The notes beneath the pieces were generated by a model. The model searched no databases and was not told where the DNA came from. It was given only the letters and a program-made list of their open reading frames with translations. The position numbers were made by a program, and so were the translations under genes. A stretch of 64,000 nt of DNA from Candidatus Undivivens industriae (GTDB lineage Bacteria; Omnitrophota; Gorgyraeia; Gygaellales; Profunditerraquicolaceae): positions 1,401 through 65,400 of the forward strand of contig JAAYZR010000010.1 in the NCBI GenBank assembly GCA_012514745.1, in the 5' to 3' direction. Below, piece by piece: positions 11,926 to 20,329 of this stretch. How positions within the stretch are numbered: position 1 is the first letter of the stretch; each line of letters begins with the position of its first letter.

Positions 11926-13230
11926 TCACTGCCTCTTTTTTTCTACCGTGCGTTTGAATATTCTGCCGACGTTGCGTAAATAATAATCCAAGTCGAAAAT
12001 ACGCTTGAGTTCCTTGCCGGAAAGATACGAAGCCACTTCCCGGTCGGCCAGAAGGTTATCCAGAAAAGCGCCTCTCCCCTTCCAGGTGAGCATTGCGCAC
12101 CTCTGCACCATATCGTAAGCCCTCGGCCGGGGCAGCCCCTTCTCCATCAGCTCCAGCAATACCCTTTGCGAGAAAATGAGCCCTCCGGTCATCTCCAGGT
12201 TCTCCCTCATCCTGTCCGGAGAAACTTTCATCCCGTCGACCACCGAAATGAATTTGTGAAACATATAATCCAGGACGATCGTCGAATCCGGTATGATCAC
12301 CCTTTCATTGGAAGAATGGCTGATATCGCGTTCATGCCATAAAGCGGTATTCTCCATGGCGACCTGGGCGTTCCCGCGCAGAAGCCGGCTCAGCCCGCAG
12401 ATACGCTCGCAGATGACCGGGTTGCGTTTATGCGGCATCGCGGAAGATCCCTTTTGCCCTTTGCCGAAAGGCTCTTCAACCTCCAGCACTTCCGTCCTCT
12501 GCAGATGCCTGAGCTCCATGGCGAACTTTTCCAGGCTGCCGCCGATCAAAGCCAAAACGCAAAGGTAAGCGGCGTAAACGTCCCTCTGGATTATCTGCGT
12601 GGAGATGGAAGCCGGCTTTAGCCCCAGCCTGCGGCAGACGAATAGTTCTACTGCCGGGTCTATGTTGGAGTAAGTCCCCACGGCGCCGGACAATTTGCCC
12701 TGCGCCGCCTCTGCGGCGGACGTTTTCAGGCGTTCGATATTGCGCAATGTCTCTTCATACCAGACCGCCAGCTTCAACCCGAAAGTCAAAGGTTCGGCGT
12801 GCACGCCGTGCGTGCGGCCTATACAAACCGTGCGCTTGTGACGCAGCGCCTGGCGCTTTATGGAAAACAAGAGTCTCTCCAGGTCGCGCAACAATATCGC
12901 GGAAGCCGATTTCAACTGCACCCCGAGAGTAGTGTCCAGCAGGTCGGAAGAAGTCAGGCCGGCATGAAAATACTGCGCGTCCTTACCTATGGAAGCGGAA
13001 ACGTTGGCCACGAAAGCCACGATGTCGTGGTTCGTGCTTTCTTCTATTCTCTTTATCTCATCCACGTCGAACCGCGCTTTTTTGCGCATCCTGGACGCGG
13101 CGGCCGCCGGTATCCTGCCCCGTCCGGCAAGCGCTTCGGCGGCAAGCAACTCTATTTCAAGCATGGTGCGGAACTTAAAGTCGTCCTTCCAGACGGCGGA
13201 CATTTCAGGCAAACTGTATCGCTCTATCAT
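11926..13230 (-). CDS. purB: adenylosuccinate lyase
   Basis: PurB sequence from MIERYSLPEMSAVW. The start is reassigned from the ORF-track 13392 to the ATG at 13230, which is preceded by GGAGGAG. Confidence 0.88.
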   Translation of the reverse strand: MIERYSLPEMSAVWKDDFKFRTMLEIELLAAEALAGRGRIPAAAASRMRKKARFDVDEIKRIEESTNHDIVAFVANVSASIGKDAQYFHAGLTSSDLLDTTLGVQLKSASAILLRDLERLLFSIKRQALRHKRTVCIGRTHGVHAEPLTFGLKLAVWYEETLRNIERLKTSAAEAAQGKLSGAVGTYSNIDPAVELFVCRRLGLKPASISTQIIQRDVYAAYLCVLALIGGSLEKFAMELRHLQRTEVLEVEEPFGKGQKGSSAMPHKRNPVICERICGLSRLLRGNAQVAMENTALWHERDISHSSNERVIIPDSTIVLDYMFHKFISVVDGMKVSPDRMRENLEMTGGLIFSQRVLLELMEKGLPRPRAYDMVQRCAMLTWKGRGAFLDNLLADREVASYLSGKELKRIFDLDYYLRNVGRIFKRTVEKKRQ

Positions 13231-13297
13231 ATCTCCTCCAGAGAGTGTTATTATATCAGAAATACACCGCTTCGCAATAAAAAGTCCCATAAAACTA

Positions 13298-13325
13298 TTG
13301 ACAAAAATTTCTATGATGTTATAGT
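13298..13325 (+). promoter_or_regulatory. sigma70-like promoter for csp (TTGACA-16-TATAGT)
   Basis: Near-consensus -35 and -10 hexamers lie ~120 nt upstream of the csp start. Confidence 0.5.
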
Positions 13326-13381
13326 TATTTTGTAATTTATAAAAGTGAAGGAGAATTTTATTGCGTGATAATCGGAAAAAC

Positions 13382-13422
13382 CCGTAAAGCAAGTAATGAG
13401 CTGAGCTTTACGGATTTTTTTT
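13382..13422 (+). promoter_or_regulatory. terminator-like hairpin plus T8 inside the csp 5'UTR (possible attenuator or cold-box structure)
   Basis: CCGTAAAGC..GCTTTACGG stem followed by TTTTTTTT. It lies between the promoter and the RBS AAAAGGAGGGG. Confidence 0.45.
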
Positions 13423-13443
13423 AAAAGGAGGGGAAAAGCGGCA

Positions 13444-13656
13444 ATGGCAAAAGGCAAAGTAAAGTGGTTCAGCAATCAGAAGGGTTATGGATTCATAACC
13501 GGGGAAAACGGGAAAGACGTATTTGTCCACTACAGCGCTATCAAGGGCGACGGTTACAAGAGCCTTGAAGAGGGACAGGACGTTGAATTCGAAGTCACGC
13601 AAGGCCCCAAGGGTGAGCAGGCTTCCAACGTCAGCAAAGCATCTCCTTCAGTATAA
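13444..13656 (+). CDS. cold-shock protein (CspA family)
   Basis: [33 protein letters not shown] carries the RNP1/RNP2 motifs. Confidence 0.92.
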   Translation: MAKGKVKWFSNQKGYGFITGENGKDVFVHYSAIKGDGYKSLEEGQDVEFEVTQGPKGEQASNVSKASPSV

Positions 13657-13684
13657 TTTCTCTACATCCTATCGCTGTACAGAG

Positions 13685-13716
13685 CCCCCTGCCGCGCAAG
13701 CGGCGGGGGTTTTTGT
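13685..13716 (+). terminator. rho-independent terminator of csp
   Basis: CCCCCTGCCGC-GCAA-GCGGCGGGGG hairpin followed by TTTTTGTTT. Confidence 0.75.
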
Positions 13717-13985
13717 TTGCCCAAAACAATCCGGGTCTGCTTACCCTTTTGCTGCAGCGGGAGTTTCTGTCAAAACTATCCCGGTCATCGGGAGGCGAAA
13801 CAAAACAAGAAGGAATTTCCTGAAGATGCTTCGATGGGCTTCAATCGGGAGTAACCGAATTGCTCTTCGCTCTATTTTCTAATCTCTATCGCTCAATTGC
13901 TCTGCCATTCCGTATCGAGGAATGACTTGGGGTCCTTTACTCCCAAATAAAAAAAGAGCCTCTTTAGACTCTCTATTCTTCGAAA

Positions 13986-14060
13986 TGGTGCCGAGGGAGG
14001 GAATCGGACCCCCCACGCCGGCCTTTTCAGGGCCGCGCTCTACCACTGAGCTACCTCGGC
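13986..14060 (-). tRNA. tRNA-Phe (GAA)
   Basis: The reverse complement folds as a cloverleaf: GCCGAGG acceptor, anticodon loop CTGAAAA, TTCGATTCC T-loop, and an encoded CCA. Confidence 0.9.
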
Positions 14061-14185
14061 ATCAACGTTTCAGTATATTTTGGGATTATAACATATTTCC
14101 CGCCCCGGACAAGGAAAAACTTATCCGGTGCCATTATCAAAATAGAAATGTTTTAACATATCCTCAAACTGCCCGATAGGGAAAC

Positions 14186-14608
14186 CTATTTCTCGGACAG
14201 ACGCGCCCCCTCGGCGATGGCCTTGCTGAAGACTTCCTTGGCCATATCTATCCTGGGTTCACCTTCGTTCTTGACGGTTATGCGCAACCGGTTAATCTTT
14301 TTGGTCATACGGATTATGCGAATATCCATAATAGTCGAGAGGACGTCAAGCTGTATATATCCCCTTGCCCTGCTTTCCTGCCTGATCACCCCCTTGATAC
14401 GGCTAACCATATAAACGGCATCCCAAAGATCCCGGTAGAAAATATCCGTATCTCCCTGTATGGTATTCCTGCCGACCATCTTACCGGAAGTCAGTAAGGT
14501 TTGAGACTTTGACGTCCAGAAGAAGGGAGTGCAGCCTTGCAGCGACTGCATTATCAAAACCGCCGCCAACATTAATACTACCGCCATTCCCGCTGTTTTT
14601 CTCATCAT
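14186..14608 (-). CDS. small lipoprotein, unknown function (paralogue of the 16273-16752 product)
   Basis: Signal peptide ending SLQGC. The start is taken at the MMRKTAG methionines (ATG ATG at 14603-14608), preceded by an AGGAAAGAG RBS-like stretch. The core is similar to the second lipoprotein (shared DAVY...R..R..G.I segment). Confidence 0.55.
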   Translation of the reverse strand: MMRKTAGMAVVLMLAAVLIMQSLQGCTPFFWTSKSQTLLTSGKMVGRNTIQGDTDIFYRDLWDAVYMVSRIKGVIRQESRARGYIQLDVLSTIMDIRIIRMTKKINRLRITVKNEGEPRIDMAKEVFSKAIAEGARLSEK

Positions 14609-14705
14609 TTCAGCTCTTTCCTGGAGAATATCTTGACGAAACAAAAGATATTCAACGCTATTATACCAAACCAGAATATAATGAAAAACACCCACCCGCC
14701 GGCCG

Positions 14706-16295
14706 TCATTTACCCTCTCTCCCCAACTCTCTTCTTTTCCAGGCCGTCCTGACAAGCGAAACCAGCAGAATGAATATGCCCAGTAGAACGCATCGGGTGG
14801 CTAAAACAAAAGGCTTGTCCTGCGGCGGCACCTCTTTCATCATGATCACCGGCAGCCATTGTTGAAAGAACCACATCCCCAGTATAGCAAACAAGAACAA
14901 GGGAGTCACATATTTAATGATGAATTTATACACTGAAGGGACGGCGAGATCCGCCCCCTTATGTATCTCTTCCCAGGCGTTTTGCATGCCGAGGACCCAG
15001 CTGAAGAGTATAGTCTCTATAGTGGCGAATACCACCAGAAAAACCGTCCCGCCCCAGAAATCCAGTTCGTCCACCACCCCGTTCTTGAGAAAAAATATCA
15101 CGGGCTGGCAAAGAAGAAAAGCCGTGACGGCGAATATTATCACCGCTTTCTTCCTCTCCAGGCCGAATTCATCCTCCATAAAGGCTATCACCGGCTGCGC
15201 GAGAGATACGGAAGAAGTGATACCCGCGAGGAAAAACAGGAAAAACCAGCAGAAACCGGTGATCTGGCTCCAGGGCATACTGTTTATGATCAAGGGCATG
15301 GTAACGAATCCCAGGTTAAACACGCCCGAGACGGCGATCTCTCCCGTCGCCTGCGGCCCGAAGAAAACGAAAGCGGCGGGGATTATGATACCGCCGCCAA
15401 GTATTACCTCGGCAAACTCGTTGGTGCCTGCCGCGGTAAGACCGGAAAGCACGACATCGTCCCCTTTGGAAAGATAACTGGCGTAGGTGAGTATCACGCC
15501 TATCCCGACGCTTAACGTGAAGAACACCTGGCCCGCGGCTTCCAGCCAGACCTTTGCCGACTTCAAAGCCGTGAAATCAGGATTCCAAAGGAAACCGAAG
15601 CCGTTGGCTATGTTCCACTCAGGATGCAGGACATTCGGGGCGCCCAGACTGACCACCCGCAGCAAAAGTATCAATCCCAGAGAAAGAAGAAGCGGCAGCG
15701 CCACCTTGCAAAGCCGCTCAATACCGCCCTTGATACCGTAATACAAAACGGCGACGTTCAGGATAAACGTACAGACAAAGAAGAAGTAAGCGGTGCCTAT
15801 ACCGGAGAAGTATCCGTTTTTCTCCACCCCCTGGAACCCGTGGAGAAAGGCACGCATCATTTCCTGCCCGGTTATGCCGCGGTAACTCCCGGCGAGGGAA
15901 AAAAAGCTGTAGGCCAGCGTCCATGATTCGATGTAGGAATAATATATGAATATGACCAGCGGACCGAACAGTCCGATAACGCCGAAGTATTTTATAAACC
16001 TGTTCTTGCGCCAGATGGAATGGAATATGCCCGGCGCCGTTCCGTGCCCGAAACCGCCTCCGTAGCGGCCAAGCGTCCACTCAATCCACATCAACGGGAT
16101 CCCGAGCAAAAGGAAAGCTATAAGATAAGGGATCATGAAAGCGCCGCCGCCGTTTGCCGCTGCCTTGGCCGGGAACCTCAAGAAGTTCCCCAGCCCGATG
16201 GCGGATCCCGCCACAGCCATGACCACGCCCAGGCGGCTTCCCCAATTCTCTCTTTGCCGCTCAGGCGAATGCTTAGCCGGAAGTTTCTTGCTCAT
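14706..16295 (-). CDS. sodium-dependent transporter, neurotransmitter:sodium symporter (NSS/SNF) family
   Basis: RENWGSRLGVVMAVAGSAIGLGNFLRFP is the hallmark N-terminal NSS motif; the protein is multi-TM. The start is chosen at MSKK (16295); the ORF-track start 16322 is also possible. Confidence 0.85.
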   Translation of the reverse strand: MSKKLPAKHSPERQRENWGSRLGVVMAVAGSAIGLGNFLRFPAKAAANGGGAFMIPYLIAFLLLGIPLMWIEWTLGRYGGGFGHGTAPGIFHSIWRKNRFIKYFGVIGLFGPLVIFIYYSYIESWTLAYSFFSLAGSYRGITGQEMMRAFLHGFQGVEKNGYFSGIGTAYFFFVCTFILNVAVLYYGIKGGIERLCKVALPLLLSLGLILLLRVVSLGAPNVLHPEWNIANGFGFLWNPDFTALKSAKVWLEAAGQVFFTLSVGIGVILTYASYLSKGDDVVLSGLTAAGTNEFAEVILGGGIIIPAAFVFFGPQATGEIAVSGVFNLGFVTMPLIINSMPWSQITGFCWFFLFFLAGITSSVSLAQPVIAFMEDEFGLERKKAVIIFAVTAFLLCQPVIFFLKNGVVDELDFWGGTVFLVVFATIETILFSWVLGMQNAWEEIHKGADLAVPSVYKFIIKYVTPLFLFAILGMWFFQQWLPVIMMKEVPPQDKPFVLATRCVLLGIFILLVSLVRTAWKRRELGREGK

Positions 16296-16752
16296 CTGCA
16301 CCGACGGTCGGTTTCGTATCATTCTCCTCCGGGACGGCGGAAGGTTTCCTCTCCGGCTCCGGAGGAGGAAGCAGCGCCGACAGTTCCTCCCTCACCGTAT
16401 CCCTGGCGTAACTGCTGGGAGAGGCTATCTCGATCTCGGTTTTCCCTCCCTCAAGCCCGCGCAGAAAGACACCGGCGACGGTAGTATTCTCGGCGGACAT
16501 ATAAAACGCTATCACCCCTTCGTTACGCTCCCGGCGATAAATATACCTGCCTGCCTTCTTCAACTCGGCCAAAACCGCGGTATAAACCGCATCGCGATCC
16601 CCGGGAACAACCATTTGAACCGATTTTACCCGGGATACTTCTATCTCTCTTATTGAAGTCCCCAGCACGCCGTGCATCCTCTCTCCCACAGAAGCGCATC
16701 CGGAAAACAGAACGCTGCCCGCCACCGCCAAAACTATCAGAATCTCTCTCAT
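16273..16752 (-). CDS. small lipoprotein, unknown function
   Basis: LFSGC lipobox and a Pro/Glu-rich C-terminal tail. Confidence 0.6.
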   Translation of the reverse strand: MREILIVLAVAGSVLFSGCASVGERMHGVLGTSIREIEVSRVKSVQMVVPGDRDAVYTAVLAELKKAGRYIYRRERNEGVIAFYMSAENTTVAGVFLRGLEGGKTEIEIASPSSYARDTVREELSALLPPPEPERKPSAVPEENDTKPTVGADEQETSG

Positions 16753-16781
16753 CTTTTTCCCGCCTCCTTATAGTACGGGGA

Positions 16782-18776
16782 CTATACCAATTCCCTGATC
16801 TGCTGTAAATGCAGTCTGGTCTCTTTTTCTCCTCTTAACGAGAATTCAGCGGCCCGGTGCAGGTCAAGCCAGAACAGGCCGGAAGTATCCGGATTGATCA
16901 CAACGTCCGCCAGGGCTGCTTCCTTGCGCGCCAGTTCCGACTGCATATATTCCACGCTGCTGAAAATAAGGTCAAGAATATTCAGGCTCAGCCTGCTCTT
17001 CAGGAATCTCGCCAGCGCAGGGTGTCTCGACTGCTCCTGCGATATCTCTTCTTGCGCGCGTTCCAGTCCTTTGGACAATCTTTCCTTAGAAGGGGTAACG
17101 TTGACGGCTATTATCCTGCGCGCCCCGGACTGCACCAGCACTTCCACCGGCAGCGGATGAGCGATCCCCCCGTCGAGCAGAATATCCCCCCCGGAAATAA
17201 AAGGCCTGAATATTCCCGGCATAGAACAGCTGGTCATTATCGCGTCCACCAGCGAGCCGCTTTCCAGCACGCGCGCCTCTTTCCTTCGTATATCGCTGGC
17301 GACGATCTTCAACGGCAGTTTCACGTCCCTGAAAGTCTTGTTACCGAGGTGCCTTTTCAGGAACCGGTAAAGCTTATTACCTTTTATAAACCCTGTCCAG
17401 GGAAATGTCAAGTCAATGAGTTTCCAGGCGCAGGTATAGTCCTTGAATTCACCGGCAATCTCCAGGATCTCCCCGCTGGATTTACCGGTGACCCAGAGGC
17501 TGGCAATCACGCCCCCCATGCTGGAGCCGGAAATGACGTCTATCGGGACCTTCTCCTCTTCCAACACTTTAAGAACGCCCAAATGGCAGAGCCCGTAGGC
17601 AAAACCGACGCCCAGGGCAAGGCCGGTAGTGCAGCCGCCGCTCTCTCTGGCGATGCGCCGCACGGCCAGGGAATACCCGGTTGCCGGGTTCTTCTCCGTC
17701 TCCAATCCTTCGGCCGGAGGGCCTATCACGGGCAGCGTGGCAAAAACGCTCCTGTTGAGCACGCCGGCTCTCTCCTCCGGACGCAGACGCGCATATCCGT
17801 AATCGTTGACGATCAACTTTATATTCTCTCCGGAGAAAGATTTTTCTTTCTCCAGCTTGTCCGAGAAATTACCGGTCTTGCGCAATTCGGCGGAAGACGG
17901 CCCGCTTATCAAGTGAAGCGTTTGCGCCTGCCGCAAGAGCCCGGATACGAATTCGTCTCCGAAAGGCGGCAGATCTATTATTATGTAATGGTATTTCGAA
18001 AACAGCGAACTAAGGATATCGACCACGGTAGCCGCCGATTCGTCTCCGGTACCGGAATAATTCAAACACAAGAAATCCAGCCCTTCCCTGCCTTTCATTA
18101 TCATAGGAGAGACATCGAAACCGCGGTATTGCCTGTAATCAGACAGGTCGAGATCGGGATAACAACTCCCTGTCCCGAAAATGGCCGGCATAGCATGCAG
18201 TTTATTCTTCTGCCTGACTTCCACCACAAGGATGTTCTTTAAAGTCTCCCTGCGCAGACTGAAGGCCAGGTTGGCGGTGTAAAAAGTCTTGCCGCTGTTG
18301 GGGGACAGCCCCATCACCGCGATTATCTCCGTCTCGAAGACTTTTTTTCTCGCCGTCTCCCTGCTTCTCAGACGGCGCGAAAGCGTCCGGCTGAGATCAA
18401 GACCCATACGCGGAATTCTCTCAAGAAGGACATCGAAATTCTCTCTTTTTATTATCACCAGTCTGCTGTCGTTGAAAGCCTCGGCCGTCACTGAATGCGA
18501 TTCTCCGGTCAAGAGGGAAATAATGCCGAAATACTGCCCGCGGTGCAGGTAATCTATGAAAAGGTTCCTGCCGTGATCATCCCGGAGGTAAGCCGCCACC
18601 CTTCCGGAAAGAACACAATAGAAAGCTCCCGGAGGGTCCCCGTAATTATATATGATCGCCCCTTTGGGATAAGCGACGATATCGTATTTCCCCTCGAGCA
18701 TCCGGTATTCTTCGGGGCTGAATCCGGCGAAAAAGGGAAGGCTTCTTAATATCTCAATACCGAATTCAGGCGTCAT
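16782..18776 (-). CDS. three-domain protein: cyclic-nucleotide-binding (CAP-effector) domain, degenerate ParA/MinD-like P-loop domain, and patatin-like phospholipase domain
   Basis: N-terminal cNMP-binding fold (FFAGFSPEEYRML..GAIIYNYGDPPGAFYCVLSGRV). Middle region with a deviant Walker A (AVMGLSPNSGKT) and a Walker-B-like stretch (YIIIDLPP). C-terminal patatin motifs: GLALGVGFAYG, GSSMG (GxSxG) and DGG. The ATG overlaps the GH1 stop (ATGA). Confidence 0.8.
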   Translation of the reverse strand: MTPEFGIEILRSLPFFAGFSPEEYRMLEGKYDIVAYPKGAIIYNYGDPPGAFYCVLSGRVAAYLRDDHGRNLFIDYLHRGQYFGIISLLTGESHSVTAEAFNDSRLVIIKRENFDVLLERIPRMGLDLSRTLSRRLRSRETARKKVFETEIIAVMGLSPNSGKTFYTANLAFSLRRETLKNILVVEVRQKNKLHAMPAIFGTGSCYPDLDLSDYRQYRGFDVSPMIMKGREGLDFLCLNYSGTGDESAATVVDILSSLFSKYHYIIIDLPPFGDEFVSGLLRQAQTLHLISGPSSAELRKTGNFSDKLEKEKSFSGENIKLIVNDYGYARLRPEERAGVLNRSVFATLPVIGPPAEGLETEKNPATGYSLAVRRIARESGGCTTGLALGVGFAYGLCHLGVLKVLEEEKVPIDVISGSSMGGVIASLWVTGKSSGEILEIAGEFKDYTCAWKLIDLTFPWTGFIKGNKLYRFLKRHLGNKTFRDVKLPLKIVASDIRRKEARVLESGSLVDAIMTSCSMPGIFRPFISGGDILLDGGIAHPLPVEVLVQSGARRIIAVNVTPSKERLSKGLERAQEEISQEQSRHPALARFLKSRLSLNILDLIFSSVEYMQSELARKEAALADVVINPDTSGLFWLDLHRAAEFSLRGEKETRLHLQQIRELV

Positions 18777-19990
18777 TCAGGCAATTCTCCCGTCCTGCAG
18801 ACACGCGAGAACCACGATGCGCTTTCCCTCGCTCTGCGCTCCTGAGTGGCATAATCCACTTCCACCAGCCCGAAACGAGGAGCGAATCCCTTATCCCACT
18901 CGAAATTATCCAGCAGCGACCAATAGAAATAACCTTTAAGATCAACCCCGGCTTTTATCGCGCCCGCGGCGGCTTCGAGATGACTTTTTATGAAACCGGC
19001 CCTTTCCCGGTCGTCGGCTGTGGCTATCCCGTTCTCCAGTATGAGCACCGGCAACGCGTATTTCCTGAGGCTAAGCAGTATCTCCGACAGCCCGCGCGGA
19101 TAAATATCCCATCCCAATGAACTCTTGTCCCAGGCATTATCGGAACGCGTCCCCGACAGAAGAGACCGTAGGCCGGGAATTTCCACGCTCACAAGTTGCC
19201 GGGTGTAATAATTCAATCCGATATAATCAAGCGTCCCGGCATGAAAAGCGGCGTCCAGGAACATGCGGTTGAACATCATATCACGCAAGAAGACTCCCAG
19301 TTGATTCCATATCCCGGGCCTCCAGGGCATGAAATACTGCATATGGTGAGCCACGCTTACCGAAGGCGCCGTATTCTTATAAACCCCGCACCTGTCATGT
19401 ATTATGCGGTAAGCCAGTTCATGCGCCGAGAGCAGATTACGAGAGACCCGCACAGCTTTAATGAACGAACGCTGCCGGGGAGGCCAGACGCCGGTAAGAT
19501 AAGAATGGTAGGCGTAAACAAGCGGTTCATTTACGGTCACCCAGTAACGGGCTTTGCCCGAAAGGACGCCGGTTATTTTTTCTATATAACGGCAAAAACA
19601 GGCCGTATTGGCGCGCTTCAGCCATCCGCCCTTGCGGCTGAACCAGGCCGGGCTGGTAAAATGACACAGAGTTACCACCGGTTCCAGATCGTTGGCGGCA
19701 AGAGCGTCCAGGACGGAAGAATAATGGTCCAGGGCGGATTGCGAAAAACGTCCTTCTTCCGGTTCTACACGGCTCCACTCGATCGAGAAACGGTGGGCGT
19801 TATGCCCCAGGGAACGGGCGAGGGCGAAATCTTCCTTATAAAGGGAGAAATGCCGGCAGGCGGCGGAAGACCTATCAAGCCCGCCGCCCGACTGCTCCCA
19901 TTGCCACCAATCGTTGAAGAAATTGTCTCCTTCCACCTGATGAGAGGAAGTCGCAGCGCCCCAGAGGAACCCTTCAGGAAAAGTAAACAT
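18773..19990 (-). CDS. glycoside hydrolase family 1 beta-glucosidase
   Basis: Starts FPEGFLWGAATSSHQVEG; acid/base motif TVNEP and nucleophile motif ILENG. Confidence 0.88.
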   Translation of the reverse strand: MFTFPEGFLWGAATSSHQVEGDNFFNDWWQWEQSGGGLDRSSAACRHFSLYKEDFALARSLGHNAHRFSIEWSRVEPEEGRFSQSALDHYSSVLDALAANDLEPVVTLCHFTSPAWFSRKGGWLKRANTACFCRYIEKITGVLSGKARYWVTVNEPLVYAYHSYLTGVWPPRQRSFIKAVRVSRNLLSAHELAYRIIHDRCGVYKNTAPSVSVAHHMQYFMPWRPGIWNQLGVFLRDMMFNRMFLDAAFHAGTLDYIGLNYYTRQLVSVEIPGLRSLLSGTRSDNAWDKSSLGWDIYPRGLSEILLSLRKYALPVLILENGIATADDRERAGFIKSHLEAAAGAIKAGVDLKGYFYWSLLDNFEWDKGFAPRFGLVEVDYATQERRARESASWFSRVCRTGELPE

Positions 19991-20057
19991 TTGTCGTTAT
20001 TATATTTAGCAGCCGGTTTAAAACGGAAGAGAAGTATTCTTATATTATAATATAAAC

Positions 20058-20266
20058 AAAAAAAATCCCAACGTAAAAGTTGGGATTTTTCGCAAGTATA
20101 AGCCGATAAAGGTGACAACACAACTTGCTGCCGCACCTTTAACCGGTAGCCCAGCCACCATATTACCCACCTCTTTTGACCGTCTTAGCGGCCTCAACTG
20201 AACGTGATGTAACGTAGGTCTGTGGCTTTGCGCCCCCCGGTTTTCCCGAGGTTTACCTTTATCGGC
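20058..20266 (-). ncRNA. structured RNA of ~209 nt with its own promoter and terminator. It is either a c-di-GMP-I (GEMM)-like riboswitch leader of the GH1 operon or, alternatively, a 6S-like sRNA.
   Basis: A 12-bp stem (GCCGAUAAAGGU / ACCUUUAUCGGC) closes 165 nt. The 5' junction reads GGUAAACC-UCGG-GAAA-ACCGGG-GGGCGCAAAGCCACAGACC, which matches the Vc2-type GEMM core GGCAAACC..GAAA..GGACGCAAAGCC. An intrinsic terminator lies at 20057-20090. The GH1 ATG is ~67 nt further on, in the same orientation. Confidence 0.45.
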
Positions 20267-20273
20267 TACAAAA

Positions 20274-20302
20274 AGTATACCTCATCTCCCCGGTTTTTTC
20301 AA
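20274..20302 (-). promoter_or_regulatory. sigma70-like promoter (TTGAAA-17-TATACT) driving the structured RNA
   Basis: The minus strand reads TTGAAAAAACCGGGGAGATGAGGTATACT. The predicted TSS is the G of GCCGAUAAAGG, 7 nt downstream. Confidence 0.5.
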
Positions 20303-20329
20303 GGCAGAGCTTTTTCAATCAAACCGCTT

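Noticed and set aside
13231-13392. 54-codon N-terminal extension of purB in the ORF track
   Set aside because: The extension is hydrophobic and AT-rich and unlike any PurB. A canonical MIERYSLPEMS start with a GGAGGAG RBS sits at 13230.
16296-16322. Alternative upstream start (MIRNRPSVQ) for the NSS transporter
   Set aside because: Its GGAGGAG sits only 1-2 nt from that ATG, and the extension would overlap the upstream lipoprotein gene by 50 nt. It is kept as a possibility but not preferred.
20058-20266. tmRNA, SRP RNA or RNase P RNA identity for the structured RNA
   Set aside because: It has no tRNA-like 3' end or tag reading frame (tmRNA), no GGAAGCAGCC-type SRP domain IV motif, and is too short and lacks the P4 consensus for RNase P.
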